This document shows, piece by piece, positions 36,501 to 51,627 of a DNA stretch of 64,000 nt. Position 1 is the stretch's first letter. Each line of letters starts with the position of its first letter. Origin of the DNA: Tubiluchus corallicola (taxonomy: Eukaryota; Animalia; Priapulida); the NCBI GenBank assembly GCA_030141605.1, contig JAQGDQ010000002.1, positions 3,044,942 through 3,108,941 of the forward strand, in the 5' to 3' direction. Under the pieces are notes generated by a model. That model had not been told where the DNA came from. It saw only the letters and a program-made list of their open reading frames with translations, and made no database searches. The position numbers and the translations under genes are program-made.

Positions 36501-39444
36501 TTGTTTTTGCCTGTTATGGCAGTAAGCCCACTAAACACCAACTGTCCAATAGATTTCCATGAATCTTTATGGAGAAGGTGGGTATTAAGTGCCAAAATGG
36601 GAATCTTTTCACCAGTTCCTTTTTTGGCAAAACTTGACCGAACACCACGTACAAAAAAAACATTCGTGAAACACTTTGTGAAGGTCTCAGAGGGAGTGTT
36701 TAGTACCTTTTTTGTTATCTCTATCTGGACAAACAACTACAGAGATCTACATCCTACAGAGCACAATCTAGTTTTATTATAGAAATCAGTTGCATCAATA
36801 TAACATATTTGCCATTTTTTTCTATTTTTCCATTTGTGCCATTTTTCTCCGTGCAATTTTTAAATACTTTTCCATTTCTGCCATTTCTTCCGGTGCCATT
36901 TTTACCCATGCCATTATTTCCCCGTGTCATTTTTTCAGTGCCACTTTTACTGCGTACCATTTCTGTCACTTAAGTGTCGTATTTCACTCGATTGTATTTG
37001 ATAACAAGTTAGACTCTGATACTGCCAGATTCCTACTTCAGTGCTCTCGTCAAGTTCTTTTTTTACTCAAAAATTAACAATAACCACAAACATTTTAAGC
37101 CCGTATTAACTCTACAAAGAAGCTGGGCAAACAACTCCATGGCAGATTTCATTCTAGGAACAGTTAGCCAGTAAGTCTTATTATGCATAAAGACAGCACC
37201 TCCTCAACATTAACAGTATAAAGAATATAAAAATAATATAAAATAGCATAAAACACTATAATAAATAAACAAAAATAAATTCTAGTTCTAAAAAATTATA
37301 ATTCTAATTAAGTTAAACAATTAAGTTAATTCTAATTAATTAAACGATAATTTTGGTCGTTTTCGTAAATTAAAATACAGTTAATGACATTAACAGTAAA
37401 ACTATTGAGTATTGATTATTTCCATTGAGACATCCAAGGTCTTAGTGGCTAGTAGGTATCAGAGATGCATGGATAGCATATTTGCAGACATGTCAATGTG
37501 GAATCTGCACTAATTTTGTGATTTTGAGTACCACGGATGGCGAATTTTTTTGTGGATATGCAGATCGCAGAATTTTAATGCCTGAATTGTAAATTTTACC
37601 CGAAATTGCAATGCACATGTAGCATAAGATTTTAACTGTTTACATAAAAACTTTACGGAATTTCACTAAAATATTTTGTTTGTAACAATAATGGTTTGCG
37701 ACATTGTGGTGTGGTGTGAGTTGTCGTTGTTGGTTTATGAGCAAAATTCTTTTGTTTAATTTCTCGCTTATAAAACTACTTTGCAAGGGTAAAAGTGATA
37801 TCCATGCATCTCCGTAGGTAGATGTGCAAGCAGCATGATCAACATTTTTATACTTTCATCACAAAAGGTTTCGGTGCAGTTTGTTGCTTGTACACACTGA
37901 ACTAGTTATAAGTTAATACTCATAGAAAATGAAATTTGAAAGTGCAAAGGAATCACTAGTAAATCCCAAAGAAAGCAAAAATGTTGAATACAAAAATAAA
38001 AGCAGTCAATGACTCACTTCCATTTCGTGCACGCGTGGAGGAAAGTATCTGTTGCTTGACAACTGACCACCTGTTAAGGATATTGAAGATTTCACCAAAT
38101 TCCAAACATGACCAACCTCAAAATGACCATCAACTGGAACAAAAATTGAATAATGCTTGGCAGCGAAGTTTAGCCATTGCTTGGTGACGCCTGTCCAATC
38201 TTTAAGACCTTTAAGAGCATCCAAGTGGCCCTGCCAAAAAAGCATCATCGAAAAAGAACTATCAGTAACAGCCATTTACTGATAAATGCCAGTTATTTCA
38301 GAGAAATATACCAGGTCCAGTATACTAGGTAATAGTGAAAATAAACATTATAAGACCTAATTTCACTATTTTCCTAACCGTTTCTAAGTTTTATATGCTT
38401 CACAAACTAAGCAATATACCTTTTTACCATATATATGCCATTTTTTGTCGAACAAAATCTTAAATTGTATCTAACACATTAATACGCAAATTTCTGAATG
38501 TGTGACATCAACGAAACAAAGAATAACCAATTGACATGCACAAAATTATTACTCACTGGGACACTGTATGATGAAGCAGAGTCTTTGCTCATTGTTGACA
38601 AGTTTATTGGCAGAAAGTATGACTTTATGGTAATCATCTGATCACTCAAGGAAATCTGTTGGTCATATTCAAATGGTTTCTAAAATACGAAAAGTTTGTA
38701 ACATAAATTTATGTAAAAATAAGGAACTAGTATAAAAGTGGTTGATGTTCACCACTAAAAATGTTACAATGTACTCTACATCTGAAAAAGAAACTTTTGA
38801 AGCTGTAATGAGAAACATTTGTAGCTGTAATGACAATTTTATTAATATTAATATCAATTCTGTTTCATTAGCTTTTCTATGTTTTTATATCACGAGGAAG
38901 CAACATTCTCTTATACAAATAAGCAAACTTGTAAAAACTATGGCAAAAATATTACCGTAACATTTTCTTCTCGTAACAGATGAGCAAGTGGCTCAAATTC
39001 TTCCAAACTCAAAACACCATCATCATTGCGATCATATTGTCGAAAGAGAATCAAGCCATCCAGACCTATGTTATTAATAATATCGGGGTTGAGACTTTTG
39101 TCTTGATGTCTGGATAAAGAAGTTGGACATACAAAAAAGAACATCCAGGAAACCATCAATAATAAAACAGTAAGTAAAAGAGGACAGCACAACTTCCAAT
39201 GTCTGAGTACATCACTATTTGAGAAAATCCTCGAGCCTGCGACATTATCAAGAGTTGAGTTTAAAGTATGTCCTTCATTTGTCCTTTTCACAACTGAAGT
39301 ACCTTCATTGTAGTCTGCTACAGTGTCTTTTTCACATGGGCAAAACTGGCTTGATTGTTGTGAGGCACCTTCTTCTGTAGACAGTGGCGAGTTTGTATGG
39401 CTGGCCTTTCTTTTTCGTACAACAAACTCTTTTGCCATATTCAT
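30557..39444 (-). CDS. SELENON: Selenoprotein N, 9 coding exons, ~606 aa, in-frame TGA = selenocysteine
   Basis: Exons (minus) 39444-38956, 38679-38557, 38230-38018, 36326-36202, 34886-34735, 34579-34332, 32312-32106, 31655-31480, 30644-30557 join in phase. TM helix, EF-hand [60 protein letters not shown] (TGA 32213-32211), [30 protein letters not shown]. Confidence 0.95.
32166..32204 (-). promoter_or_regulatory. Selenocysteine redefinition element (SRE) stem-loop in SELENON CDS
   Basis: Starts 6 nt 3' of the UGA: GGGCGGACT...AGTCCGCCC perfect 9-bp GC-rich stem, plus an imperfect upper stem GCG.GA/TC.CGC. Confidence 0.85.
37460..37813. mobile_element. hAT-like MITE in SELENON intron
   Basis: TIR CAGAGATGCATGGATA / TATCCATGCATCTCC; flanks gtaggtat / gtaggtag (7/8 TSD). 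Confidence 0.65.
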
Positions 39445-40577
39445 AACTAGAAGTTGTATGTGTGATATGTGCCGGCAATATTCTAAACAATAAAACAATT
39501 ATCAATTACACATTAAAAAAACAAGCTGTAGGATGACAAGCTGTAGTTTGATTTCTTGTCAGCAAAGCCACATGGTAAATCAATTACAATTAATAATACA
39601 ATAATGACACAGACTGACATGAACTTTCTGGTTAAAGCTGAATGCAGTGTTTGCTGTAACAGTCAGTAGTATAACCCCATTAATTAATTAAAAGGCTCAG
39701 TGCCAGACTGACAATGGCCGGATATTCACAACAAGAAAATGTGGTACTTTTCTAGGAGACGTTCTAGCGATTCGGAATCAAATCTCAACGACTGGTGTCA
39801 GTTTCAAAAAAAATAAATAAATAAATAAATTTTATCTGAGGTGTCTCGGTAAGCTTGTGTTGTTAAAGGAGTACAAGCACTTTGCTTACAGTAATAACTA
39901 TTATTATATAATTTACTAAGCATATTTAAATTAAATCATCATTTAAATAAGAGAAGTTTGAATGTGCATCATTAAGAACTACTTATTTAAAGGAAAACAG
40001 GATGATTCTTCATATCACATCTCATTTTGAAGTATGGTAAAAACTATTTTAACAACTATAATACGGCAAAGCATTTCTGATAATTAAATAATAATAATTA
40101 AATTACATATCAAATAATATAATAATTAATTAAATAAGAAATGTGTTTATGATAATCACAACTATTTCGATATAGTTTCAGATAAAAAGCTTTCAAATAA
40201 TATAGGTGTGTAAATGCATATTGTGTATAAAAACAATGGTCCATAACCATTTTTGTGCACGGAAAGAGTTGAAATCCATTTTATAGAACAACTGAGTAAT
40301 GTTCATTTTATGCAAACTAGTTTGCAATCATATTGCAAAAGAAACACTCTGAGAGTTGATCACTCTCAACACAAAGAAATAGTTTTGCAAGCATTCTGGG
40401 CTTTTATTCATGGAATCCCATTTTGGAAATCTTTTAGGTGCAACAACTGAAAGAAAGAAAATAATGACTCTTTTGTTAGTACGGGCATAGAAGTTTGTGC
40501 TACATATTCTCAATAATGACTGAAAAACTTCTGGTTAGTTTGTTTCAGGTTGTATTTTAAATTATGATATCAGAGAT

Positions 40578-41006
40578 TAGGGCTGTAATGATAACCCTAA
40601 GTTATGATACAATACATATCACGATACTAACCTCATGATACACATTGAATTAATGTTTGCAGGTTTTAATAAAAAACTATTGATTTAAAATATGCTGGTG
40701 CATTTTCTAGTCCACATTTGCTGCAAGTCATTTTAGATACTTATAAGCAAAAACGTAATTAGCCTATTATGCATTATTATAAACACATTGCACCTACTTA
40801 TCAGGTCTACCTGTGTCAAGGCTAAGCTGCCTACATATATGCTGCACTGATTGTTACGCTACAGCTTAAATTATTTTACACTGTTTTTAGCATCGGACAG
40901 TCAAGTTTGTGTTAAATATCAATGATTCACATTATTGCGATACTGGTGCAATTTGACAATACGCATATCGTTACAAAGGGTATCACGATGCATCGTTACA
41001 GGCCTA
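40578..41006. mobile_element. hAT-like MITE
   Basis: TIR TAGGGCTGTAATGAT / ATCGTTACAGGCCTA; perfect 8-bp TSD TCAGAGAT at 40570-40577 and 41007-41014. Confidence 0.85.
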
Positions 41007-41433
41007 TCAGAGATATTATATCCGTCTTTGAACAGCCACTGCATTAGTATGATAATTACATAATGGAGTCTATACTCACTAGAACAGAATGAAAAGAAAC
41101 TGAATTTAAAAAATTTCATAGAAAACATGAATAAAAAAAACAGTCTCTGCAACAAGCGCTTGTCATCTAGCAAATTATACCAAAGCAGAACAAAAATTGT
41201 GTAATAATTATAGATTTCTCATAGACTTTCCAATGGGTTTGTTCCAGGAATTCATCACAAAAATATAAAAGAATACAAAAAATTAATAGTCTGACTACAG
41301 GAAACCTGTTTTTAAAAACAGCACTTGAGTCATAATAATCAGTTAATGGCTCAAGTTCAAGTTCATTAACAAATGTATTCACTGCATATCACATCACATT
41401 TTTTGCATATACAAACTGATTCCAGCAAGGCCA

Positions 41434-42063
41434 ATGGCCATTCAAGGTAAGGGGCTACATACTGAGGATTTTATTTTTCAGGCCAATAGACGCGTTGGAA
41501 TGGTAAAACGCTGCATTTTATCACTTAGGGCAAAAGTTCTTGTACCACTTTATAAAGCTGTAGTTAGACCAATACTTGAGTATGCATGTATTGTGTGGTC
41601 ACCACAGTATGTTACTCTTAAAAATGCCTTAGAAAGAACTCAATGGAGGTGTATCAGTCTGGCCTCTGATATTCAACTTGATTCTGAATCTGCTCTTAAA
41701 CAACGCCGTGATACTATAGATCTTATTAACTGTTATAAAGTCATTAGTGGTAGTTCTATTTCGCGCAGCGACAAATTTTTTTCTAGACCACTACGTGATT
41801 TGCGTGGACACAATTCTAAATTATTTGTACAATGTTCTCGCACTAATATCAGAGCCCATTTCTTCTCTTCTCGTGTTGTGGGCACTTGGAATTCATTTAA
41901 TAGTGAAACAGTTGACGCATCAAATCTGTCGCAATTTGTTGAGGAGAGACCGTCAATAACTGCGTTATGGTTAGGTCTCTTAAACTTCGCAAACAAGATA
42001 TTACCTGTTCATCATCAAGCAAGACGAACCATCTTTTCAAACAGACATTATTTTAATAAGTAG
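41434..42063 (+). mobile_element. 5'-truncated CR1/L2-clade LINE fragment (C-terminus of ORF2)
   Basis: LYKAVVRPILEYACIVWSP..LER.Q and LRGHNSKL...R.HFFSSRVVGTWNS are hallmark CR1/L2 post-RT motifs; no endonuclease or YADD core present. Confidence 0.85.
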
Positions 42064-45059
42064 GTGAAGTGATTATCAAAGTGTAAAAAGACGTGCATAT
42101 TCTGTGGTCCATATTCTTTGTGATTATCGTGTATTTACTATGCGCAAAGTGTATCATTTTACTAGGGCACTACTCGCGACCTCGCCCTGTACATCACTCG
42201 GCTAATGTAGCATCTTGCCACTTGCCAGTTTCATTTTGCCAATGTATCATTTCGCGTTTTCTGTCGTTCGCTAGCGTATTTTTCACCAGTCCATCATTTT
42301 GTCAGTCTATTATTTCACCAGTCTATCACTTTGGCAATCAGACAAGGTATCACTTTGTCATCTATAACTTTTCTAGTTTTTTACTTCGCCCATACATATC
42401 ATTTTGTCTGTATATATTAGAAACAACGTGATAACCATTTGAGCAGTGGTATCCAGTCTATCAGTTCGCTAGTGTATTATTTTATCATTATTTATTGCAT
42501 ATACATTTTTTTACTAGACTATCATTAGGGGTGAACATAGAAAGTTCGAGTTAGATTCGAACATTCGAATTCGCTTCGAGCCTAAAATATCAGATTCGAG
42601 TAATTCAGCACTTCAACTACGTATGTTTTTTATCATTAAAAGGCTTGAAACGTCATGCAATTAGCACAGTTTAGCTGCAATTTTTGTGCCCAATTTTTAA
42701 ACAATTAAATTATTTGTGGTTTTACTGCAAAAACAAAAACTAGTAATATGCATTATTTTTGTAAGACCGCTTTTTACCTGTGGTTTAAAAACTTGTTCGA
42801 AAATCTTTCAGATTCAATTCGAGTTTGATTCGATTCAAATAAGCCTTTCCACAGTTCCAGCAATTGCCGATGATCGTGAAAAGGGCAAAAGTTAAGTGTA
42901 CCAAACAACACATCTAGGTACACTTGACAACGCCTCGCAGCCCATGCTATTGTAATAGTGTAATTCAAAAACTTTTCATCTGGTGTCATCAATTCTTTTT
43001 TCTGCTGTTACAATATCAAATTATAACAGGTGAGTGACTAGATGACCTACGGTCTTTCCACGCCCCATCTCCACGGATAAAGTTATTTTTTCATAAAATG
43101 CAAATTTGTGACACATTTGGAGAAAATAAATGTCTGTGTCTATGGATGATCCCAAGCAAGATCCCACGCAGACTAAGGCATAATTAAGTAAAGTCCAAGT
43201 AAAGTGACTGACGTTACTCGACTGGGCTTTGCTTTACCCACATGTCACGTGAGGATTGTAGCTTAAGACGTGTTGCTGTGGTACACTTAACCTTTGACCT
43301 ACTGCAACTGCGCGTGCGCACAACGAAAAGGCTTATTCGTCTTCTGGTAGAGAATGCTCACCCCCACCTATCATTTCGGCAGCATAGGTATAACTCTGTG
43401 TATATTAGAAATAGAGCATCGTTTTGCCCGTGCATCATTTTGCCAGGGCACAATTTCGCCGTATATAGTGACAAGTATTTAAATGTACATAGCATCAGAA
43501 GTAATTCTATACATATTTTAATACTTGTACACTTTGGCAGTGTATTATTTCGCTAGTGTATCGTTTTGCCAATCTATCATCACCTGTTTATCATGATGCT
43601 CTTTGCATCCGATGATATTTGAGGCTAATGGATATTGCTTAAATACACGTTTTCATTGAAACATTTGAGCAAAGCCAATCACAAAGGCAAGTGGCACATT
43701 TCTAGATCCCCATGAAGTACAGAATTGATGCGTCATGCTAAAATTGCCAGACGGTTTCTGTTTGGCCAGAAATTTGCGATAAGTAATTAAAGTTTCGCAT
43801 ACCCAAATAATAACCATTCAGAAAATTAATGTTATTTTTGAAGAGCTGCGTACAGCTTACGATTAGTGAACTAGTGAACAAATAAAGGTAACCGAGATGA
43901 CTAAATTTGGTATTCTAGCAATAGAGGTCACATGCCGTGTTACCTTTAGACAACTCTTTACCAGTAACCCGAGATACGTAAAAAGCTTATTTTTGTGTTC
44001 TTTTTCGGCGCCCTCTGGACTACAGTCTTACAACTTTTTGTCAAAAGTCGAGTGCCTTCTTTCTAATCCTGTCTCTGGTTTTTATGAGAGTGATATTCTT
44101 TTTCTCTTTAATTTAAAACATTGCTAATTTTGAGGAAGCTAGTTCGAAATAACTTTTCCCAGACATACCCGAATTTTAAACTGCTAAACAAAACAAGTTA
44201 TACACACATGACAAAAATCGAAAACCAAGAAAACGCCGGAATGGGCGTATTTTTATCTATCACAATCTTCCGACTATTGCAAAAAGTCTGTATAGGACCA
44301 TAGAGATGAAAGGTATTATATCTTCGGGCCTTTTCAGCTAAGTAAATGCAGCCTAGTAAATATCTGGTGGGAAACATAATTTCTTTAGAAACTTATGTTC
44401 TGATGAAACAAAATGGTAAACGTACAAAATGATACAATGTGTAAACGTTTTGTAAATAGGAGGAAGCTATAGAATTTTGTATTTATAAAACTGGATTAAC
44501 TTTTTTACCAATTTTAGTTGTTAAATGTTTATGTAAAGTTGGGTTTATGACATACATCAGTGTTTGATGTTGTTTTTTGTTTGGTAATGTCCTACGTACC
44601 ATCTTACATTTATACTTGTTTTGTCTGGTACTTTGTAACTAATGACCGTATAATTTGTTAGTGTACTTTCACCCAATAAATTAACTAAATTATCTATAAG
44701 GAAAACAGATAAGGTTTTCGAACGATACCGCTTAGAGTGAGTGTCGAACTAATCAGAACTCAAGGCGGCCCCACCATGCCATACAGCACGCTGTTATTGA
44801 TCTCTATTACCTTTTCATCACTGCAGAGCTCTAGATTATAACTGCGGGCAGGAACGCCGTTTCACCTGAGCAGGTGTTGGGTTTCATGCGATCATGACAA
44901 ACACAGCAGAAGAATAATCATGGACGCAGCAGTTCACATGAAATTTAAATTTCGTTTTGTACTAATAATTTATTTTCGTGAAAATGGAGAACGGAGAGCC
45001 TGAAATTATACGTGATGGCTGCTTATATAATGTGTGATTGATTTCGGTCGTACAACGCA

Positions 45060-47090
<2,031 letters not shown>

Positions 47091-49990
47091 ATTTGAACAA
47101 TGTCATGATTTTAGTATAATAGTCAAACATAGCATTGTGTTATAATTATTATTTGCACATTATACTTAGCCAAGATGTTCCGTCCAGTTAAAGCTGATGC
47201 ATGAAGTGTATTTAGGACATGAGTCTGTTATAATTTGCGAATTTTACTTATATAGTCCGTAAGAATAACTCAATAAATTCCGTCCACAAAACTTTTGTGC
47301 TTATTTTGTTAATCATAATAAAAAGAAACTTTAATTTGATGCTGTTTTGATTATATTTATGAATGTACAATGGAAAAAACTTTACGTGTTTTTGTATGTC
47401 TTTACGTGTTGGCTCTTTGCCTCCAGCAACAAAACAGAACTAAAACTTGTAGTTCAAATCGTTCGTTCTTAGTAGTGTATTTCGGGGAAGAAAAGAAAGA
47501 GATAAGGGTGAGATAGAAAGAGAAGCATACTGTTTTGCAAAATTGCTCCCCGTAGTTTTAAAAACATGGCCAAAGTAGGACGTGTTGTTCGATGTTTACG
47601 TTTTCGATTTCGTTTTTGAAAGCTGAAAATTGGAAGGCAAGAAGCTCTTTCTTATGGTTTTTCCGAATTAATTCCCGGCGCTCGAGATCTCGAGGCAAAA
47701 TTTGTGAGCACCAATTTTTTGACATGGATTTTTACTTTCTTCAGCCTCGATAAATGCTATTTTTTCAGCATTGCTGTACACAAACTTTGGTTAAACGTGC
47801 TGACTTTAAACAAATGCACTTGCTCCCGTGTGTGCGGCTCGCTACAATAATTTGCATAATAGAGTAGGTCAGCAAAAAGCAATTAATATAATTACATGCT
47901 ATCTAGAGAGTAAGCAACTGAAGTTATCCATGACACAGCTTACTTCACACAAAGTTCATGTGTGCGTCACACAGCTTTGTTGCATACAGATTTTTTGCCG
48001 TGTGCTAATAGTATAATAGGGGTACGACCACAGTTATAAATGTAAGTTAAAACGAGAGAAGACGTGAGTTTGGCCTTAAGCTTGATTTTATCGCAGGTAC
48101 ATTAGGAAGGGCTTTTACTATTGTCATGAAAATACATAAACTACTTGTTGCACGACTCCAGGTTTGCGACGGCTCGATGGCGATGTGACAAAAATGTCAG
48201 AAATAACATAACAGTGTTCCTTTGTTTTGCATTTATTACAGTGGTTGTTATTTAGTCTTTATTTTGTACACTCATTCTGTTCGGCAAAAAAAGAATACGT
48301 TTTCCTTCCATGACCTTTAAGCCTTTTACGTCAGGTATACACAGAAGATTTTAGGATGACCAACAGATATTAACTCCTAATGAGCAGTTCGTATTTTTAA
48401 ATGCATCACAAGATGTAGAAGTTATTGAAATTAAATGCCATATTGGTCCACAAAATATTTGAAGATAGGCCCGATTGAGATAACTCAGTGCATGCCTGAT
48501 TGACTGACTAATTGTAATACATATGTAATTTTAAATTTATAATATATATGTATGTTGCTCTGTTGTATACCACTTATATGTGGTTTCTTTGTTCAGATGT
48601 ATAATGTTTTTAAGTCTTGTTTCTTTGTCTCTTGTAATTGTTTTCCTTAATGGTTAAATAAATAAATATTAGCATCATTGGCTTTTGATCGCAGAGTATG
48701 CCGTTCGCAAATCACTATCTTTGACCTTATATTTGGATTTTTCTTCTGCATGAGTAAGTTTTAGCCATCTAGGCAGTAAATCAGTAACTAAGATATTAAC
48801 ACTGATGTTTTTCTTAGCTACCGTTTCCATAGCCCATGAATGAAAGATGAGTTAGCGAGAACGTCTAAATGTTTAAATAAGGAATGCCTAATTAACCATA
48901 ATTAAATTAGATGTATGTTAGTTACATGCATGACAACACATCTTTCTGCACGTCCGCCAATGCAAGATTATTTCTTTGCAATCAACTGCTAAGTCACATC
49001 GTAGGCCTGATGCCCTTACATCAAATTTACATCACTCCATGCTCTCGTAGTTCTAGGAAACCAAAGATTCGACATTTGAAAGTGAAATAATCGTTTCGAG
49101 AAGATAGCAATAGTCGGCGCTGCTTCAATTTCGTTGGTGAGTAGAAGTTAAGTAATATTTCTAAACGAACGCATATACTACCCCTTTCAATTAATATATC
49201 TTTTAATAATCAATTTCCAAAAAGATGGATTTTTGTGCTGTACATCTTGCATCAGTAATTGAGACTGTTCTCTTGCTGTACAACTATCTAACTTGCATAT
49301 TACCACTTGAGCTATCTCTAAAAGAATGTTATTGCCATGTACGTATATTATAATTATTCGCTGATAGATTTAATCATTTCCTATAATTATGTGTCGGACA
49401 TCTTATCACTTGTTTGGGTACTTTTGATACTTTTGATATGACATTGCATTGTTTGCAAAATCTGTAAAGAGGAACTTTATAGATTTGGCAAACCTGTATA
49501 TTGTTTTGGCTTGAAAGACAGTAGCAGTGCTAATGTTCCTTACTCAAAATTAATAAGAAAGCCAAAAATTTTATAAATCAATATACTAACCATTTTTCTG
49601 TTCTGCAGGCATCCCTTGGCGTATACATGGCTATAAGAATTCCTCAAATATAAACATCAAAATGTTGTAAAACGCCCAGTACATTTTACCACCTGATTCA
49701 GTGTTCACCGTGTTTATTTCTGATATGAAAGGACTTCATCCAGCTTGTCCAGACCTTGCTTGCCCACAGGTCCTGAATGTGAAACAGGCGATAAAACTCT
49801 CGATGGGTTATTATTTTATGAAGGATATGTGCAGACCATTTTAAAGCTTCAAAATAGTAATGGTTGGGTTATAAATGCATCAAATGTGTCAATAGTTTTG
49901 ATATTTACTGTACTTTGTGTCTTTTTTAAAGGATAAACGGAATTTGACACAAAAAACACATAGTAGCAAAACGACAATAGTATAATAAGA

Positions 49991-50965
49991 ATGGGATTTG
50001 GAGTGCACAGATTTCTAGCAAACGTTGACCAGAATCTTCTATGTGCTGTCTGTAGTGGTGTCCTCGAGGAACCGGTGCTGACTCCATGTGGTCACGCTTA
50101 TTGCTTAGTGTGCTTGGAGACGTGGCTTTCATGTCAAAATCGAAACAATTGTCCCGAATGTCGACAGGAGCTAGAAATATTTGATCTACGACCAGTGCAC
50201 TCTTTGAGGAACCTCATCAAGTCGATGACGGTGGAATGTGAGAACGTGGAACGTGGATGCAAGGTGGTGACCAAATTGGAAAACATGTGCAATCATGTTG
50301 ATGTGTGCGGCTACGTGCAGGTGGAATGCGAGGGATGTAGCGCAGTGGTTCTCAGATACGAAATGGCTGCACATCAAGCAGACTGCGTGCAAAAAGCCAT
50401 ACAGACCCATAATCGCCGTCATGACGGTTGCCCAGATTCAGAGTCGTGTAGCAGGGAATCGCGAGGAAAAATCTCCGACTTGGTACTGCGAATGGCAACC
50501 CTTGAGGTTGAGGTAAAGCGACTTCGGAGAGAATTAGAATTAGAGCAGTTGAAGTGCAAGAGACTGCAGAGGGAGTTGAAGAGGGCAACGGAAACATTGG
50601 AGCAAAGGCAGGAAGAACAGCAGGTTTGGGATAGTCGAGTCCATCCTGCTTATTATGATGTTGACTATAACTACGGCAGCACTCCACAATCTATACCTAT
50701 ATTATCTAATCTAATTTCGCGATTCATTGATACTAAGCCTCCGTACATTGATGCCAATCGTATATTTGAATGCATCAGGAACTGCTATGAGAAGTATGGC
50801 AGAGGCGAGGAAAGCTTTGAAAGAGATGTCCACATGTTACTAGCTACAGCAAATGCAAGTGACTGGTTTACTGACAATCAGCGACTAAGTTTTCATTGCT
50901 GGATTCAGAGCATTGCCAGATATAGACAATATTCGCAAAATCTAAATTATCCTGCAAGATACTAG
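49991..50965 (+). CDS. RING-HC E3 ubiquitin ligase with TRAF-type zinc finger and coiled coil (NRDP1/PDZRN3/RNF151-like N-terminus), 324 aa, single coding exon
   Basis: MGFGVHRF..VDQNLLCAVCSGVLEEPVLTPCGHAYCLVCL..W...CPECR C3HC4 RING; VECENVERGC...H...C and C..C...H...C zinc fingers; long heptad coiled coil; splice acceptor ~60 nt upstream of the ATG suggests non-coding 5' exons. Confidence 0.9.
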   Translation: MGFGVHRFLANVDQNLLCAVCSGVLEEPVLTPCGHAYCLVCLETWLSCQNRNNCPECRQELEIFDLRPVHSLRNLIKSMTVECENVERGCKVVTKLENMCNHVDVCGYVQVECEGCSAVVLRYEMAAHQADCVQKAIQTHNRRHDGCPDSESCSRESRGKISDLVLRMATLEVEVKRLRRELELEQLKCKRLQRELKRATETLEQRQEEQQVWDSRVHPAYYDVDYNYGSTPQSIPILSNLISRFIDTKPPYIDANRIFECIRNCYEKYGRGEESFERDVHMLLATANASDWFTDNQRLSFHCWIQSIARYRQYSQNLNYPARY

Positions 50966-51457
50966 GCATAGGCTTTAATTTAGACGATATACGTGCTCAG
51001 TTTACCTACAACAATGCGCTGACTGCTTGGCTAAGAAGTTAAACAACGTCAGGGCTGGCTAGTAAATGGATTGCAAAACCAACGGGAGTACAGGCCACCT
51101 ACAAAGCGTTTCAGCTGTATCAGTTTTTCTTCTTGTCGGTGTACATTTTCAAATGTGGCTAAGATACGCATCCCGTTTCAGTGTCTTAACGCAGAGATAC
51201 CTACTATCTAGGTACCAGCACTACCCTTAACACTAGCAAGTCTTGTCCAGTTAAGCACTAAATATTGTACATAACATCATTTTGACCATAATAATTAAGT
51301 CTCTCTGTAGCTCTCTATTTCTCATCTCTATAATAATTCACCTGCTTTTGATTTGTCATGTTCTTTTGCTTGGTCTCAATTTGGGTGACGCAATCTTAGT
51401 CTTAGATTTAAAAAGTGCGTGTATCTTACAAAAGTGGCTGCGATATGGGGACAAAGT

Positions 51458-51627
51458 AGTATGTATGTATGTATGTATGTATGTATGTATGTATGTATGT
51501 ATGTATGTATGTATGTATGTATGCATGCATGCATGCATGCATGCATGCATGTATGTATGTATGTATGTATGTATGTATGTATGTATGTATGTATGTATGT
51601 ATGTATGTATGTATGTATGTATGTATG
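51458..51627. repeat. (TATG)n/(CATG)n tetranucleotide microsatellite
   Basis: Direct inspection; a central CATG block interrupts the TATG run. Confidence 0.97.
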
